Shown here in pieces: positions 23,997-37,399 of a DNA stretch of 64,000 nucleotides; within the stretch, counting starts at the first letter, position 1, and every line of letters begins with the position of its first letter. The stretch is from Trichinella spiralis. Lineage: Eukaryota. A model generated the notes under the pieces. That model did not search any database and was not told the origin of the DNA. It was given only the letters and a program-made list of their open reading frames with translations. The position numbers and the translations under genes are program-made. The stretch lies in contig NW_003526943.1 of the NCBI RefSeq assembly GCF_000181795.1, forward strand, positions 7,027,566 to 7,091,565, given 5' to 3'.

Positions 23997-26900
23997 GATA
24001 TAATTATATGTATATATATATAATACCATTTTATGCTGCCATAAATTAATTACATAATTAAATAAGAATTATTATGCAATGAAAGCAAATTCTAATTCAA
24101 ATAACTAGAAAAACAATAAAAATTCAACAGTAAAAATATATTTTATAGAAATGTTTCGAATTTCCCTAAGCTATTATTATTTCAAAATTTTAAATTACAA
24201 AATTTTAATTCATAATAAAATTAAAACTTAGTTATTATTAAAAGAGTTTTGTAATTATTTGTAGTTTATATGAAATAATGCATTGCTTATTTCTATTGCA
24301 CTTTATAGATCGTTTTAAAAAAAGAAAATTGAAATTAAACAAATGTCAAATTAATTAAAAGTATTGCAAAATTTATAATATGACATTAATTCATTCTCTT
24401 TTATTATACTATGTTAATTTCGAAATATAACCATTTTATGATTTTCATTCAAAGTTTCAATGTGAATTTTTGTACATTTTCTCTTACTTTATTTTATATA
24501 CTTTATTTCCTATTATTATTTAAATTAAGTTATTGAGCTATTTTGTAATAAAGTTTCAATTACAGTGTCAAAATTTTTACAATACATTTCCTATTTTAAT
24601 TTCAAAGGTATTATATATGTATAATCAGATGTATAATCATCATGTTTACTTTAATCAGTAATATTCATAAAATGAACAATACATATGTAATAATTTCAAA
24701 ATATATTTATGATAAAAGCATGATGAAATAAGACAAATTAACTGTAAAATAATGAATGATTTGCCTTTCAAATACCTATCTGTTTACTGAATGTATTCGG
24801 CAACAATAGTGAAGTCAATATACACTACTTGCATGTTGCAAATATTTTTTCAGATTTCATTACCTTACTTATTAATGAAATAATACTTTTCAATTGAGCT
24901 GTAAAGTTAATATCTGTTCATTTTCATCACATTCGTGTAAAATATATTTAGAAGTTAGCTTACAAACTCCGCAGTATTATCATAAACTATAGGTTTCTTA
25001 AATATTTGTTAAAATTAAAATATACACACTATTAACCTAGCCTGAAAATAAATGATGAAATTGAACTACGCATTTTGAATTCGACTTTTGCATAATTCAT
25101 TTATTTTTTAGTTTGTATATGCATTTAAATTTGAAATTATTACATGAATCATTTTCATTATCGCAAATCTTAAGGAAACCACTGTATATAAAGTAGCCAA
25201 GCATTTCAAATGCTTATACGGGGAACATAAGATTTACATTATAGAACAAAAATGAAAAAATTAGTTACAGCTTGTTCTTTTTTAAAAATACATCTGACAT
25301 GAATTCCAATTACAATTACCAAATTTGGTCTAATACCTTATATTCAAAATATGGTATTGTAATAGCAATTTCATAAAATTGATTTTTATTCATATATTTG
25401 CTTTTTTAGTTTTCGAATTTTAATAATCATAAATTATTACATATTTGTGAATGTCAGTATATTAATAAAAATTTACTTGCTATGATTTCTAAAATAACTT
25501 TTAAAAATCGTTTAATTCTCTAAAATCTTCAAATAATAATACGCCATAAGTATAGCAAATTCAAAACATTTTCAAAAATAGTGCAAATTAACTGAATAAG
25601 ACCTACAAAACTATGTAAAATAATGGAAACAAAATTTTCCACGGTTTTGATTTAAATTATAATTGATCATGATATTATTTAGAGTGCATAATAGAAATTC
25701 GAAAGAAACATTTCTTTTAAGAAATGAAACACTGCAAAGCTAACTAATATTCATTAGAGCATATTTAATTTTCAAGTCTAATTTTGAGAACAGTGTTTCT
25801 TTGCATTTTTCTAATTTATTTTATTTTGAAAATTTTGAATATATTGGTAGTGAACTCTTTTTTTATATAATTTACAATAATACAATTTGAAATACCTGCA
25901 GATTTTTAATTAATTAACAACTATAATATTTGCAATGTTATTTTGCATTTTCCAGAAAAAAGGCTTATTATCAAACATTGATTCAAAATAATCAATAAAT
26001 TTTTTTAATATTAATAATGTTAAATTGTTTTTAAACAATATTCATGAATGGTGCTGACTAAATAGGTGTTGCAGAATATAAACAACTGCTGCTTATTAAA
26101 CTTTCTTATTTCTCTACATATTGCAACTTTTCAAAATAAATTAGTTCTCTTTCAATAATATGCAACAGCTTCACAAATAAATTTAAATTAAAAGAAGAAA
26201 TTTTTGCTTTGGAAGAATACTATGGTTAACAATTCAGCTAACATATTAATACCTGAAAACCGCTTTCTGAATTATTATTAATATTCAAGCAGAGAAACAT
26301 TTAAAGGCAATCAGTGATATGCGTAAAATCAGTGTGATGTTTTGCAGTTAAATAGAGACTTATTTTTCGAATATCAATACTACATCCTACGAAATAGAGC
26401 TTTGTAAGTATTAGTTGTTTCATTTGCTATATTGCTGTATGAAAGCTTAAATAATAATTATTTTACATAAATAATAATGACCGAAATAAAAAAGAAAAAG
26501 TTTTATGAGCTTGCAAAGAATTAAGTTAAATTCCAATTAACTTCACGTCAGTTTTACCTCAGAAATATTAAACCATAGTTATTAGACATAAAAAAAGAAC
26601 TGGATGTACAGTAATCCCTATGAAAAAATGTATTTCATTTTTATACATTTAAAATTAATTGAACTGTTTTTTTTTGAAATGATTATTTTTTGAGAGAGAA
26701 TCGCACTATTTGCATATAATAATAAAATTTTATGATTTGTTTTAAACTTAAGTGACATGTACAACTTTTTTGATATGATGTATTGTACGTAAAATGAAAT
26801 ATAGAGTACTTTTTATTCATATCTTACATCATATTGCTCAGATTTCACACGCTAAATTTCATCTTTCAAAGAGTTTTACTTCTAAAATAATTTCTTCAGG

Positions 26901-28542
26901 ATAATTCAAAATGTGCAAAATTAAAAAATTATATCTGATAAATTCTGGTCTTTAAAAAATCAACAAACTGTAGATGTGTTCTAAGAAAATTTTCAATTTT
27001 TCTTCAAAAAAGACTGTAGAATTTAATTAAAGACAGATATGATTAATAATCAAATCGTTGAAGTCAAATAATTTATAAATGCATTATATTATAATAAAAA
27101 TTTGTATGTAATTAATTTAAAAATCAATTAAGTTATGCGTAATTATGTAACAAAAAATTAAAATTATACAAAAAAATTGAAATAAGCAATAACTTTAGGC
27201 TATTATGCTTGAAAAATAATTATTATGCACGTGTTAATTTGCCAGTTTATAACGGAAACTTTCACTTTGTAAAGAAAATAAAACGTGATAGTATTTATAT
27301 TTTTCAAAATGACAAGCATAAAAATTAACAGCTGCATTATTTGCGTATATGATTGTGCATTTAAAAACGTAATTATCTTCTGTGCAGCATTATTTACTGT
27401 AATTGTTATTACTGTAGTCAATGAATTGATTGGTTTAAATTGTCTTTTCATTTTATTGCTTCCATTTCATAAACTTTATTAATTTCGATTTTACATTTTC
27501 TCTACTTCTTTGCTTAGATGTTGTCAAAAATTTTAGTTATTTTGAGAAAAAATACATTTCTAGATTTATTGAAAGCAGAAAGAGCATAAATAAGCAAACA
27601 GTATATTGTAATAAAGATATTTACTTCTTCTAACAACAGCATAATCATAAAATAAATAAAAATTGAATAGCAGCATGCCATGAGTCAGAGTGAAGAAGTG
27701 AAAATTTGCATGAAATAGTGGCATAAAATTCAAGTGTCAGTGTCATTGACTGGACAGTCAACGACACTTCAGTCTGCATCAGCGTTGCTTCATTGCAACA
27801 ATAATAACAGCTAACAAATGTGAGTAATTTTCAAATCAATAATTTTAGTTTTCATAATTCGCATTCTGTTAAATTTCCTTGCAATAAAAAAAAATTTTTT
27901 TTGCTCTTCTTACAATGTTTTACAATGCATTTATTATAAGCAGTATTGAAAAATTATGGCAATTTAAAATCTGATTTTATAAAATAATTTTTTCAATAGT
28001 TATACAATTGAAATGTGTTTAATAAAAAGAAGAAAAATTTTTTTGCTCACATAATAATAAATGGAGGGTGTTATTTTTGTGAAGTGGTACTAATTGAAAA
28101 TGGGAAATTTTCCCCATGAATTGGTGAAAATCTGTATGCAAACAACTTCAGTCAATCAATTCGCTCAAAGACAATGTTCTGAATGATTGTGCTAAATTAA
28201 TTTTCTTATCAATATGCATTATGGTAAGCAGTAAGTCAGCTAGAAACAATAATAATGCTTGAAGGTGGAAGGCTGGTTGGTGAAAGCATCCCCTGCTCAG
28301 GCTTCGTTTCAAGAACCAATGAAAAGCTGCGCATGCGTAATTTCATTTTTCAATGAAAAAACTTTCTCGATGTTATTATTATTATATTTTTCCCATCTTC
28401 TTTATGCTTTTCACTTTAATTCTTCTCTGCTATTTGTCTGCTTAATATCATCCCTTACAGTTGTTTGTGAGCTATGTTAGTATTTTGACAACAGTGGATT
28501 TCGCTTTGTTCCGAGCAGAAATGTACAAATGTCAGCGGATCG

Positions 28543-31500
28543 ATGCTCTGTGTCGATGGTGATTGTTCAAACTGGAACTCAGGTAAGCAGCGTTAGCTTG
28601 TTTCAACAAGCACGCGTCAGGGTTGATAATTAAAAGCAAGCTGAAATGATCATACGCCGATATTAATGTTTCACTTTCCCCAATTCCCAATCTTTCAATC
28701 ATCAAAACCGTTAAGGCTGCTCTGACCCGTCCAAATTGGATTTTTCCATTTTATTCTCCTTCTCTTTTCTTCACCAAGCTGACCGCTTTGTCAACGCTGA
28801 AACGCCGATGCAAGCATCCTGCCAGGGTCGGGGTCAGAGAGCCAGCTTGCCGTTGACCCTGAGCACCTTCGTACCCAACACCACTAAACATACACCGAAA
28901 TCTCAAGTAATTTGCATGTTACAAAAAATATTTCATTGCTCATTTTGCACTGTAGAAATTAGAAGTATTCTTTGTGCAAATTTTGATCAATAATTTCCCA
29001 CAGATGAACATATTGCAAGTGAAATTTAAATTAGCTGAAATTTCCTTTTTTTAACCGTTCAAATGGAAATATCTGTTTTCATAAGAGAAAAATCATCATC
29101 ACTGTTATTAGATTAAAGGAAAGGGTGTGCAGTTTGATGTTTTTTTCTTCATTTTATAAAACTTTTTGACTAAAGATCAAGTTGAAGTTGAAAATTATCA
29201 AAATCAACAAAACAATGCATTTAATGCAAAAAGCATTGAACAATTAATTCAACATTATAAATATGCGCTTCTGCTTCTTCAAAGCAAAAAAAAGAAAGGA
29301 TTTTTGATTGAATACCTTGAACATAAACATGTCAGTTTTCATCAACATCATTGTATCTTTTTCTTTGAACGCATTAAATATTAATCTTAACAGTGATTCA
29401 AAATTTTCTCTCCATCATTGTGGCAACATTAATAAAGTAATTAATAAAATTGCATTTCAGTGTAATTTGAAAATTTTTGAATTTTTTTCAAAAAAATATT
29501 AATAGACTCGGATTAATTTTTTTTCTTTCTTTTTTTATATATTCTGGGCCAAAATGATCTGGATGAAGAAAAACAGTATCATTCGTAGAAAAGTTTATGA
29601 AATTTTCAATTAAGCTTCTTGCAAAATTGCTGAAAATAAATGCAAATTATTCATTAAAATTGTTCTTCCACTAATAAGCAACTGCTTGCTTGTGTATAGC
29701 TGATTATCAAAGCTACTGTTGAAAATCAAATTACAAGATGAACAGCAAGTAAAGCTAGAATTCAGTAACAAAATTAAATACTTAACAGGCTTAAAATATC
29801 TCTGATTGTTGGATAAATTGGAGAACATATTAAAATTACCGTTGCAAGAAAAAAATTTTTTTTCTCATTCATGCAATAAAAATCGCCTGACAGACTTTTA
29901 TTTTTGAATTAGCGCTAAAATGGCGAAGGCATTTTTGCACTATTTAATTACTGTTTTTTTTCATTTAGTCGCTTGATCGGCTAATCAACTGGAGAACAAA
30001 AAAACCAGTTAGTACTGAAAATGTCCAAGACGATGATTTTATTAGAAAATTCGCCGTTGGTTACACTGCAACTGCCTACGCTGATGATATTCATCGGAAA
30101 GGTTTCTTGGGGTACCACTGTTCTTTTTCTAAATATAATACATTTTTTAATTTAATAATTTAATTCAATATTTTATATAAGATTATATTATTTTTTTATA
30201 AAATCATATTATGCATGTGTGTGCGTGTGTATTAAAAGAATTGCATTAAAGATATACAATTATAGCATGCCAGCTATTGCTGCTGCATATATTTGTATAA
30301 AATTCATTTCTACAATTATTTCTTTATAAATTACCATTCTTTGAACAATTTTTGTTTGATTAATTATTTCTTCAATCAATAATTTTAACAAATTACCAGC
30401 TACTTGGTGAACATTTCTCATTTTCCACTTGTGAATAGCTTTGAATCAGAGTTACAATTATCATTTGGAAATATACATAGAACGGAAGCGGAATTATTGA
30501 CGCGAGCTGCTTTTAATTTTGCAACTTTAATTTACAATTTAAAACTACATTATGAATAAGAATAAATGAATATTTTGAAATTTTTTTTTTCTGAAAACAA
30601 GCTATACTTTAACAGAAATATTGCAATTTGTATTCATTTCAGAGAGATTATTTTGATAGAATGCATTTTGTTGCAGATGGTTAGAATCGAAAGTTGTTCT
30701 TCCGTACGGTAATGCGTATTATTATTGGACGGCCGTTGTCACTGTTGCCGTTGCCTACAACGTGATAACAATCCTGTTGCGAGCAGTGTTCGACGAATAC
30801 CAGCATCCCTATTACATTATGTGGTTGGTATTGGATTATTGTTGTGATTTAATTTATATATGCGACATGTTAGTTAAGTTTCGTACAGGTAAATTGAAAT
30901 TATTGCTGAATAAAGTGAAAATTTAAAAATACATGTGAAAAATGAAAAAATCCACCTTGTCAGGTTATTTGGAACACGGTCTGATGGTTCGAGATTTGAG
31001 AAAATTGGCATTGAATTACGTGAAACGGCTGCGCTTCGTTCTCGACGTGGTCAGCATCTTGCCGACGGATATTTTCTACATCTACCTGCAGAATGTTAAC
31101 AATCCAATTGTGCGATTGAATCGCGTTTTCAAACTGCCCAGCGTTTTCGATTTTGCCGAAAAAACTGAATCCAGGACCAGCTGGCCGAACGCGTTCCGCC
31201 TGTTCTGCCTCATCGCCTGCATACTGACCATAATCCACATCAACGGCTGCTTGTATTTCGCGGTCAGCGAGGCGATGGGCTTGGGCAGTGACCAGTGGGT
31301 GTACAACGACAACAATTTGACCGACTCGTTCAGTCGACGCTACTTTTACAGCTTCTACTGGTCAACGTTGACGCTGACCACGATCGGCGAGACCCCCTAT
31401 CCTGAAAAAGACGAAGAGATATTGTTCAACACGGTCGACTATTTGATCGGTGTGCTGATATTCGCCACCCTGGTCGGCAACATCGGCAGCATGATTGCGA

Positions 31501-32318
31501 ACATGAACGCTGCCAGGACCGAATTCCAAGCCCGCATGGACGCCATAAAGCAGTTCATGGAATCCCACCGCGTCGAACGGGAACTGCAACGTCGCGTGAT
31601 CGCCTGGTACGACTACCAGTGGACCAACAAGACCAATTTGAACAGCGACGCCGCGCTGGCCACTCTGCCGCCCAAGTTGAGGGCCGAAATTGCCATCCAC
31701 GTCCACTTCAAGACGTTGCGCAAAGTGACCATTTTCCAAGACTGCGAAGCCGGCCTGTTGGTCGAACTGGTGCTACGCCTGCGGCGTCAAGTGTTCAGCC
31801 CCAGCGACTACATCTGTCGCAAAGGGGACGTCGGCAAGGAGATGTACATCGTCAAAGAGGGCAAACTGAGCGTCGTATCCGACGACGCTCTCACCGTCTA
31901 CGCCACACTGGCCGAAGGGGCCGTGTTCGGCGAACTGAGCATCTTGAACATCGCCGGCAACAAGAACGGCAACCGCCGGACCGCCAACATCCGCAGTGTC
32001 GGCTATTCGGATTTGTTCACTTTGTCCAAGGATGACCTGTGGAACGTGCTCAAATATTATCCAGAGGCCAAGAAGTTGCTGATCAACAAAGGCAAAGAAA
32101 TCCTGCGCAAGGATAACCTGCTCGACGAGACTGTCGAAGATGAACAAGAACAAGCCGACCGACTGGCCGACAGTTTCCAAGCACGCTTGCAAGCGTTGAA
32201 GGACCGCTACGAGACGGTGATTGGCCGCTACGAAGAGATGCACCGTCGCATGAATCGTCGAATTGCCTTTCTCGAATCCAAACTCGACCGCCGCTATTGC
32301 CAAGACACGACCGTCTGA
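28543..32318 (+). CDS. tax-4: Cyclic nucleotide-gated channel alpha subunit (TAX-4/CNGA-like); 5' exons tentative
   Basis: Exon 30964-32318 has RLNR (S4), pore YWSTLTLTTIGETP and CNBD FGELSILNIAGNKNGNRRTANIRSVGYSDLF. Exon 30677-30888 gives S1-S2 (YYYW..AYN..WLVLDY..FRTG). Exon 29969-30111 has DDFIRKF, similar to CNGA DSFLERF. Exons 28779-28906 and 28543-28582 are phase-compatible but less certain. Confidence 0.92.
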
Positions 32319-32398
32319 ATTTTTCCAATCTGGGTTTGCGTTGTTGAAATTTAAATTAAATTACAAAAATATCACTCGTGATGTGGTAAAAAATTTAA

Positions 32399-33142
32399 TC
32401 ACTCCACTGCAACTGCACTGTGCGAATCAGCAGCGAGCAGCATGCGATTATAAAAAATATTTTCAACTTTCATGATACTGTCCAAAAATTCCTTCTCCTT
32501 TCTGACAAAACCTCTTTTCCTTTTCAAATTTAACAACTTGATACACCGATAAACGGCAACCATAAAATTGTAAATATTATTCACCGATACGATATCACTG
32601 GTGGAAGAAACCACTGCATAGCGCATCAATTCACCGGCCAAATCGGTTATACCCATCAAATAGTCGAAATAGCTTATGTGAATTTGTCGTAGACGAACGT
32701 TTCCATCGTCACAGAATTCATATTGCAAAAGTTGACGAATTTCAAACAACGTGATCAATTTTTTATATTGCAAAAAATTCAAAAACGACCACGCTTCGAT
32801 GTATTCTTGAAGACCGCTAGAATAATATTTTTCATATCGATCGCAATATTCATCTTTCAATTCGAAAGCGACCGTTTTAAATTGATCATTTGCCAGTGAT
32901 TTCAATTTTTCCACCGCTTCTTCGAATATTTTCCAACCGTTTTCTTCGTTTTCATTTACACACCGATGAAGCAGACATATAACACGCTTACTTGAAACAA
33001 TTATCTCTTGAGATGCTTTCAAAATGCAATCGCGTTTGTCATATACGGCATCCATTTCGTTGGCATAACTGGTAAATAATGAAATTAAACTTCCTTCTTC
33101 TTCTTCTTCTGCTTCTTTTTCAACTTTCACTGCTACAGGCAT
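32399..33142 (-). CDS. TSNAX: Translin-associated factor X (TRAX, C3PO nuclease subunit), single exon
   Basis: Contains SKRVICLLHR, SGLQEYIEA, DYLMGITDLAGELMR and KVEN. The acidic catalytic-type residues distinguish it from translin. Confidence 0.9.
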   Translation of the reverse strand: MPVAVKVEKEAEEEEEGSLISLFTSYANEMDAVYDKRDCILKASQEIIVSSKRVICLLHRCVNENEENGWKIFEEAVEKLKSLANDQFKTVAFELKDEYCDRYEKYYSSGLQEYIEAWSFLNFLQYKKLITLFEIRQLLQYEFCDDGNVRLRQIHISYFDYLMGITDLAGELMRYAVVSSTSDIVSVNNIYNFMVAVYRCIKLLNLKRKRGFVRKEKEFLDSIMKVENIFYNRMLLAADSHSAVAVE

Positions 33143-33293
33143 ACCTGCTGATCTACAGTATCTAACGTTGCATAGTTACCACGAATTCAAATCACTATCC
33201 AATATGTCAAGTCAATCAAATAACTTTTTTTCAGAAAAAAAAGAATTAAATAAGACAAACAAACAATTTATTTATTTCACATCGATCGATCGA

Positions 33294-33852
33294 TCACGCA
33301 TTTACTAAATCATTAGTATCAGCTTTGCGAATCATGCGCAACTGTTTCTTGTTCATTCGTTTCAATTTCGAAGTGTTCTTTATCTAAGATTAATATTTAC
33401 AAGTAGAGTATCAAAAATACTTTTTCAAACGTAAAAAATAACTGCTTACCACTTGCACAATTTCAGATTTTCTGATATTTTCTTGCCGGCGCTTTTCACG
33501 CTCCTTGTATGCTTGTCTTTTCTCGGTCATATGACGAATACGATCCTCGCGAATCTTCTGTTCAATATCTTTCATTCTCATTTTCTCTTTACGTAGTGCA
33601 TCTTTATTTTTCCAAGATCTATGCAACGTTTTCCCTTTAATTATAGCCGAATTTCTCTGCTTCTGAACAGTTTTCCAAACTCGACCTGACTTCGCAATAC
33701 CACGTATGACGACAGACTTGTCGTTCACCTAAATCATTTATTTCCCTACTTCACATAAATTACTCGCTTTTTTCACATCAATTACTCGCTTTTTTTCTTT
33801 ACTGACAATCTTACATTCACATTACACTTACATCTTCTTCCAATTCTGACAT
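33294..33852 (-). CDS. CCDC86: CCDC86/Cgr1-like nucleolar coiled-coil protein; exons 33852-33832, 33728-33450, 33383-33294
   Basis: Contains KSGRVWK, SW and RRQENIRKSEIVQV|IKNTSKLKRMNKKQLRMIRK; GT-AG introns are in phase 0. Confidence 0.88.
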
Positions 33853-35368
33853 TTCAAACTACAACAAACAGCAACACCAACATATATTTTATTACAGAAT
33901 TGTTGATTTTCAAGTATCAAAGTGTGTATGTTATGGTAATAAAGCTACCAAACTGTATTTCACTTAACACAACAATTCAAAGCCCAATGGGCGTATATCG
34001 AGTTTACTGTAACTTGTCTGTGCCTGTTGGATTGTAGTATTCACAAAACATCGTTAAATTCTGATACAACTGTTATTGTTTTTTGATGTATGGCTTTAAA
34101 TTTGTTTATTAGAAATTTAGGTAATTTTATGCAAAACTTTCAAAACACTAAGCAGAAGTAAAATTTTTGATAATCAGGTAACATATGTTTTAACATGTTT
34201 GCTGCATGAAAGCTAAAATATGGACTTGTTTTCGGAATAAATGTTTTGTTACAAAAAGCAATTTTTGAATGATCATTTAAAATTTTCAATAAGTTATACT
34301 GCATGTCAACTGTGACAACAAATGAAGTTTGCCAAAATGTTAGCAAAATAAACCAAAAGAAATACAATAAACAATCCAGTTTACTTGTTTAAATCAATAT
34401 ATATGAATAAATGAGTGAAAAATCTGTACATCCGACCACACTGATAAACAACTTTCTCTCTTCTGATTTGCATCAAAAACTGGCTTGTTCCTTTAGGGTT
34501 TATTAGTTTTTTATATGTAATGGGTAAACTTACTTCATCATCATCTTCTAAGAGGATTATTATTTATTTTTATTTGAGCATTCGTGTATACTTCACTGAG
34601 ACGTATTTAGCATAACAGTTTAACGCGTCATGACTGTCAAATCAGCTGTCAGTAAGCTGTTTCTCTGATAACGAGATATCTACATGTCATAGCATTTTTA
34701 TAAATTATGCCTCCTTATCATATCATTTAAATATGTTTCCAGAACATCACAATTCTGAGCAAAATCCATTTCATCGAACTTCATATTACTTTACAGTATA
34801 GCCAACTGTGATATTTTTCAACGTCTATTTTAACAGTGAATGGAATATTAAATCAAAATTATATATTTAAAAGCAATAAAAATTTATTACATGAAGTTAT
34901 TTTCATATTTAAACCTGCCATATTCGATTTTAACCTAAACATTGCATTGTTTTAATTATTTGACAAGTAGGTTATATTATATTTTTGTAGACTATGTTAC
35001 CATAATTGTTGTGTTGCGTTTATTTTTTGCTTTCGATTATAGTTCTTTTTATCAGTTATTTGTTTTTCAAGCTGCAGAATATTTTATGCATCCTGATTAT
35101 AATCAAATTTTTGAAATAATTTCAACTTTTAGCTATGCGTTACCGTATGTGCTTTTTTACTTGTTGTTTTACATTTATAAGTAATGTTTTGAGTTTTGAA
35201 ATCATTTTTGAATAGCGTAATGTTGTTTTGGACGTGTTTTTAAATTTTATTACGCGAAAATTTTTGTGATTATGTTTTCAATGAGTTTGCATGGCATTGC
35301 TGATTGTAATTATTAATTGTATAAATTAAAAACTGTGTTTTCAATGTTTGCGGCTGCCAGTAAGTAAT

Positions 35369-37321
35369 ATGGCAATATGGTCTAAAGGCGATGTAGCTGG
35401 TGCAATTCTGAAAGCCAAACAGCAGAAGTCATTAATAATTGTTTGTATATACGGTTAGTTATTTCAGTTTTGTTGTTGACAATTGTGTGAATTGGAATTT
35501 GAATTTTAGGCGACGATGAACAATCAGAAGCGTTGTTGAAATTAATGGAAGATGAGAAAATTGTTGATTTATTGAACGATAAAAGAGCTATAGCGTTGAA
35601 ACTGAACTGGAATTCAGAATCGGCGAAACAGTTCGCCGCTTTGTGTAAGTATATGCCATTGAACGTTGCTTATAGTGATTTTTTTTATCGATGAACTTTC
35701 GAATTTTTTACTTGCACTTCAGATCCTGTAAACTCAGTACCGGCTGTTTTTTTTGTGGGCTATGACGGGAAACTTAGAGACACCATCACAAGTCCCTTTG
35801 ATATTGTGGATTTATTTGAGAAGACGTCGAATGCGTTGGCAGTTTGTGACGTTTGTTTAAAATGAAAAATTGCCTCGATCATATTATTATTATTAGGGAA
35901 ATGCTGTATCAGTGGCAAATTTTGAAATGACTGAAACGAAGAAGGCAAATGGCAGAAGTGCCGACATTCACGGAAACAAAACATGTTCGTCTAATTTGAT
36001 AACGAAAAAAATGAATAGCGGAAAAATGTAAATTTATTAACTTTTTTGCAAGTATGTTTGCTATTTATGTTAATTTTAGAGATAAAGAGAACCTATTGAA
36101 AGATGCTGTTGCAAATGAGGTGAGTTGTGGTGTTTTTTTTATCTTATAAATATATTGGATGATTTTTATGAAATATGAAAAAGAAGATATCAGTTGAAAA
36201 AAAAATGATTTTAGAATGAAGAAGATGAAAAAAGTTTTGAAGAGAAAGCGAAAGCTGTGCAAAATCTTCGAGAAGAAATTCGTCGAAAACGTTTAGAAGA
36301 GGAAAAGCTTCGGGAAAAATTATTGGCCCAAATCAAAGCGGACCGGTTTGTTGTTGTTGTTGTTGTTGTGAAGAGTAATTTAATTTGCATATGTTTTTTT
36401 CCAGTATTGAAGGACAAATACGCAGCAACAGAAATGCTGAAATGACGAAGCCAGAAGCGCAAATTTCCAGTGATCCTATTTCATCTTCTGAAATGAACAG
36501 GTTTGCGATGGGCTTTTGTTTTTTCATTTCAATGTTCAAAATTTTCTTTTACAATATACGACTTGTAATAATAATATTTCAAATAGTTTGGTTGTTGTTT
36601 TTTTAAAAAAATAGAGATTTGGCGCGAATTCAGTTTCGATTTCCAGACGGTAGACGACAATTTGCCACTTTCAATCGCAACGATCCGCTGCATGTTCTGT
36701 TCGATTATATCAAGCCGTTTTTTCCTGATGATTGTCAGTTGAAATTGATCGAACTGTATCCACGTCGTCATTTTACTGATGTTGATTATGAGAAGAGTTT
36801 GGAAAGTTTGGATTTGGTTCCTTCTGCTGTTCTGTTGATCGTGAGGACGGTATGTATATATTAGGGATAGAGAGAGAGAAAAAAAAATGATTTGCATTTG
36901 TTTCACTGATTCGTAATATTGAAATGCAGACGAACGCTTCCGGTCGTGGTCTTTCAGCAGCATTGGTAGTACAACCGTTACAGTTCGCGTCGAGAGCCGT
37001 GTTCGAGTGGCTGTTGAATCCGGTGTACAGTATCGTCAGCCGAATGTTGTCTTGGATTCTGCATCCCGTATCGAGTAGTGGTGCAAGCCGTTCGGCACAG
37101 CGAGAAGATGATTCGTCTACTCCTAGGTATGCATACACATGTTGTTGTTGTTGTTTGCTAAATGCTTTTTTTTTCTCGCCATCTGCAGAAACGTCCAAAA
37201 AAATACGAGCGACAAATTCACCAGACAACGACGACTCGGTCGATTGGCAAACAACAATAACGATACTACTACAGACGATGAAAACGCGACGTGGAATGGC
37301 AATTCCACTCAACAACTTTGA
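35369..37321 (+). CDS. ubxn-4: UBX domain protein 4 (erasin/UBXN4; p97 adaptor), multi-exon
   Basis: N-terminus MAIWSKGDVAGAILKAK, coiled coil REKLLAQIKADR, UBX domain ARIQFRFPDG...YPRRHF...LDLVPSAVL, a hydrophobic segment, and C-terminal DENATWNGNSTQQL. Confidence 0.92.
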
Positions 37322-37399
37322 TTATTTTTTCTTTAATTGAAATTGGAAAGAAAAGAAAAACATAATAAATAAATAAATAAATAAATTCGATTGATTGAT

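Noticed and set aside
19900..28400. Short Phe/Ile/Leu/Lys-rich ORFs in the AT-rich region
   Set aside because: Composition is what random AT-rich DNA produces; no motifs or consistent splice structure.
31362..32303. Overlapping 125-176 aa ORFs within the CNG exon
   Set aside because: Shadow ORFs caused by high GC codon bias.
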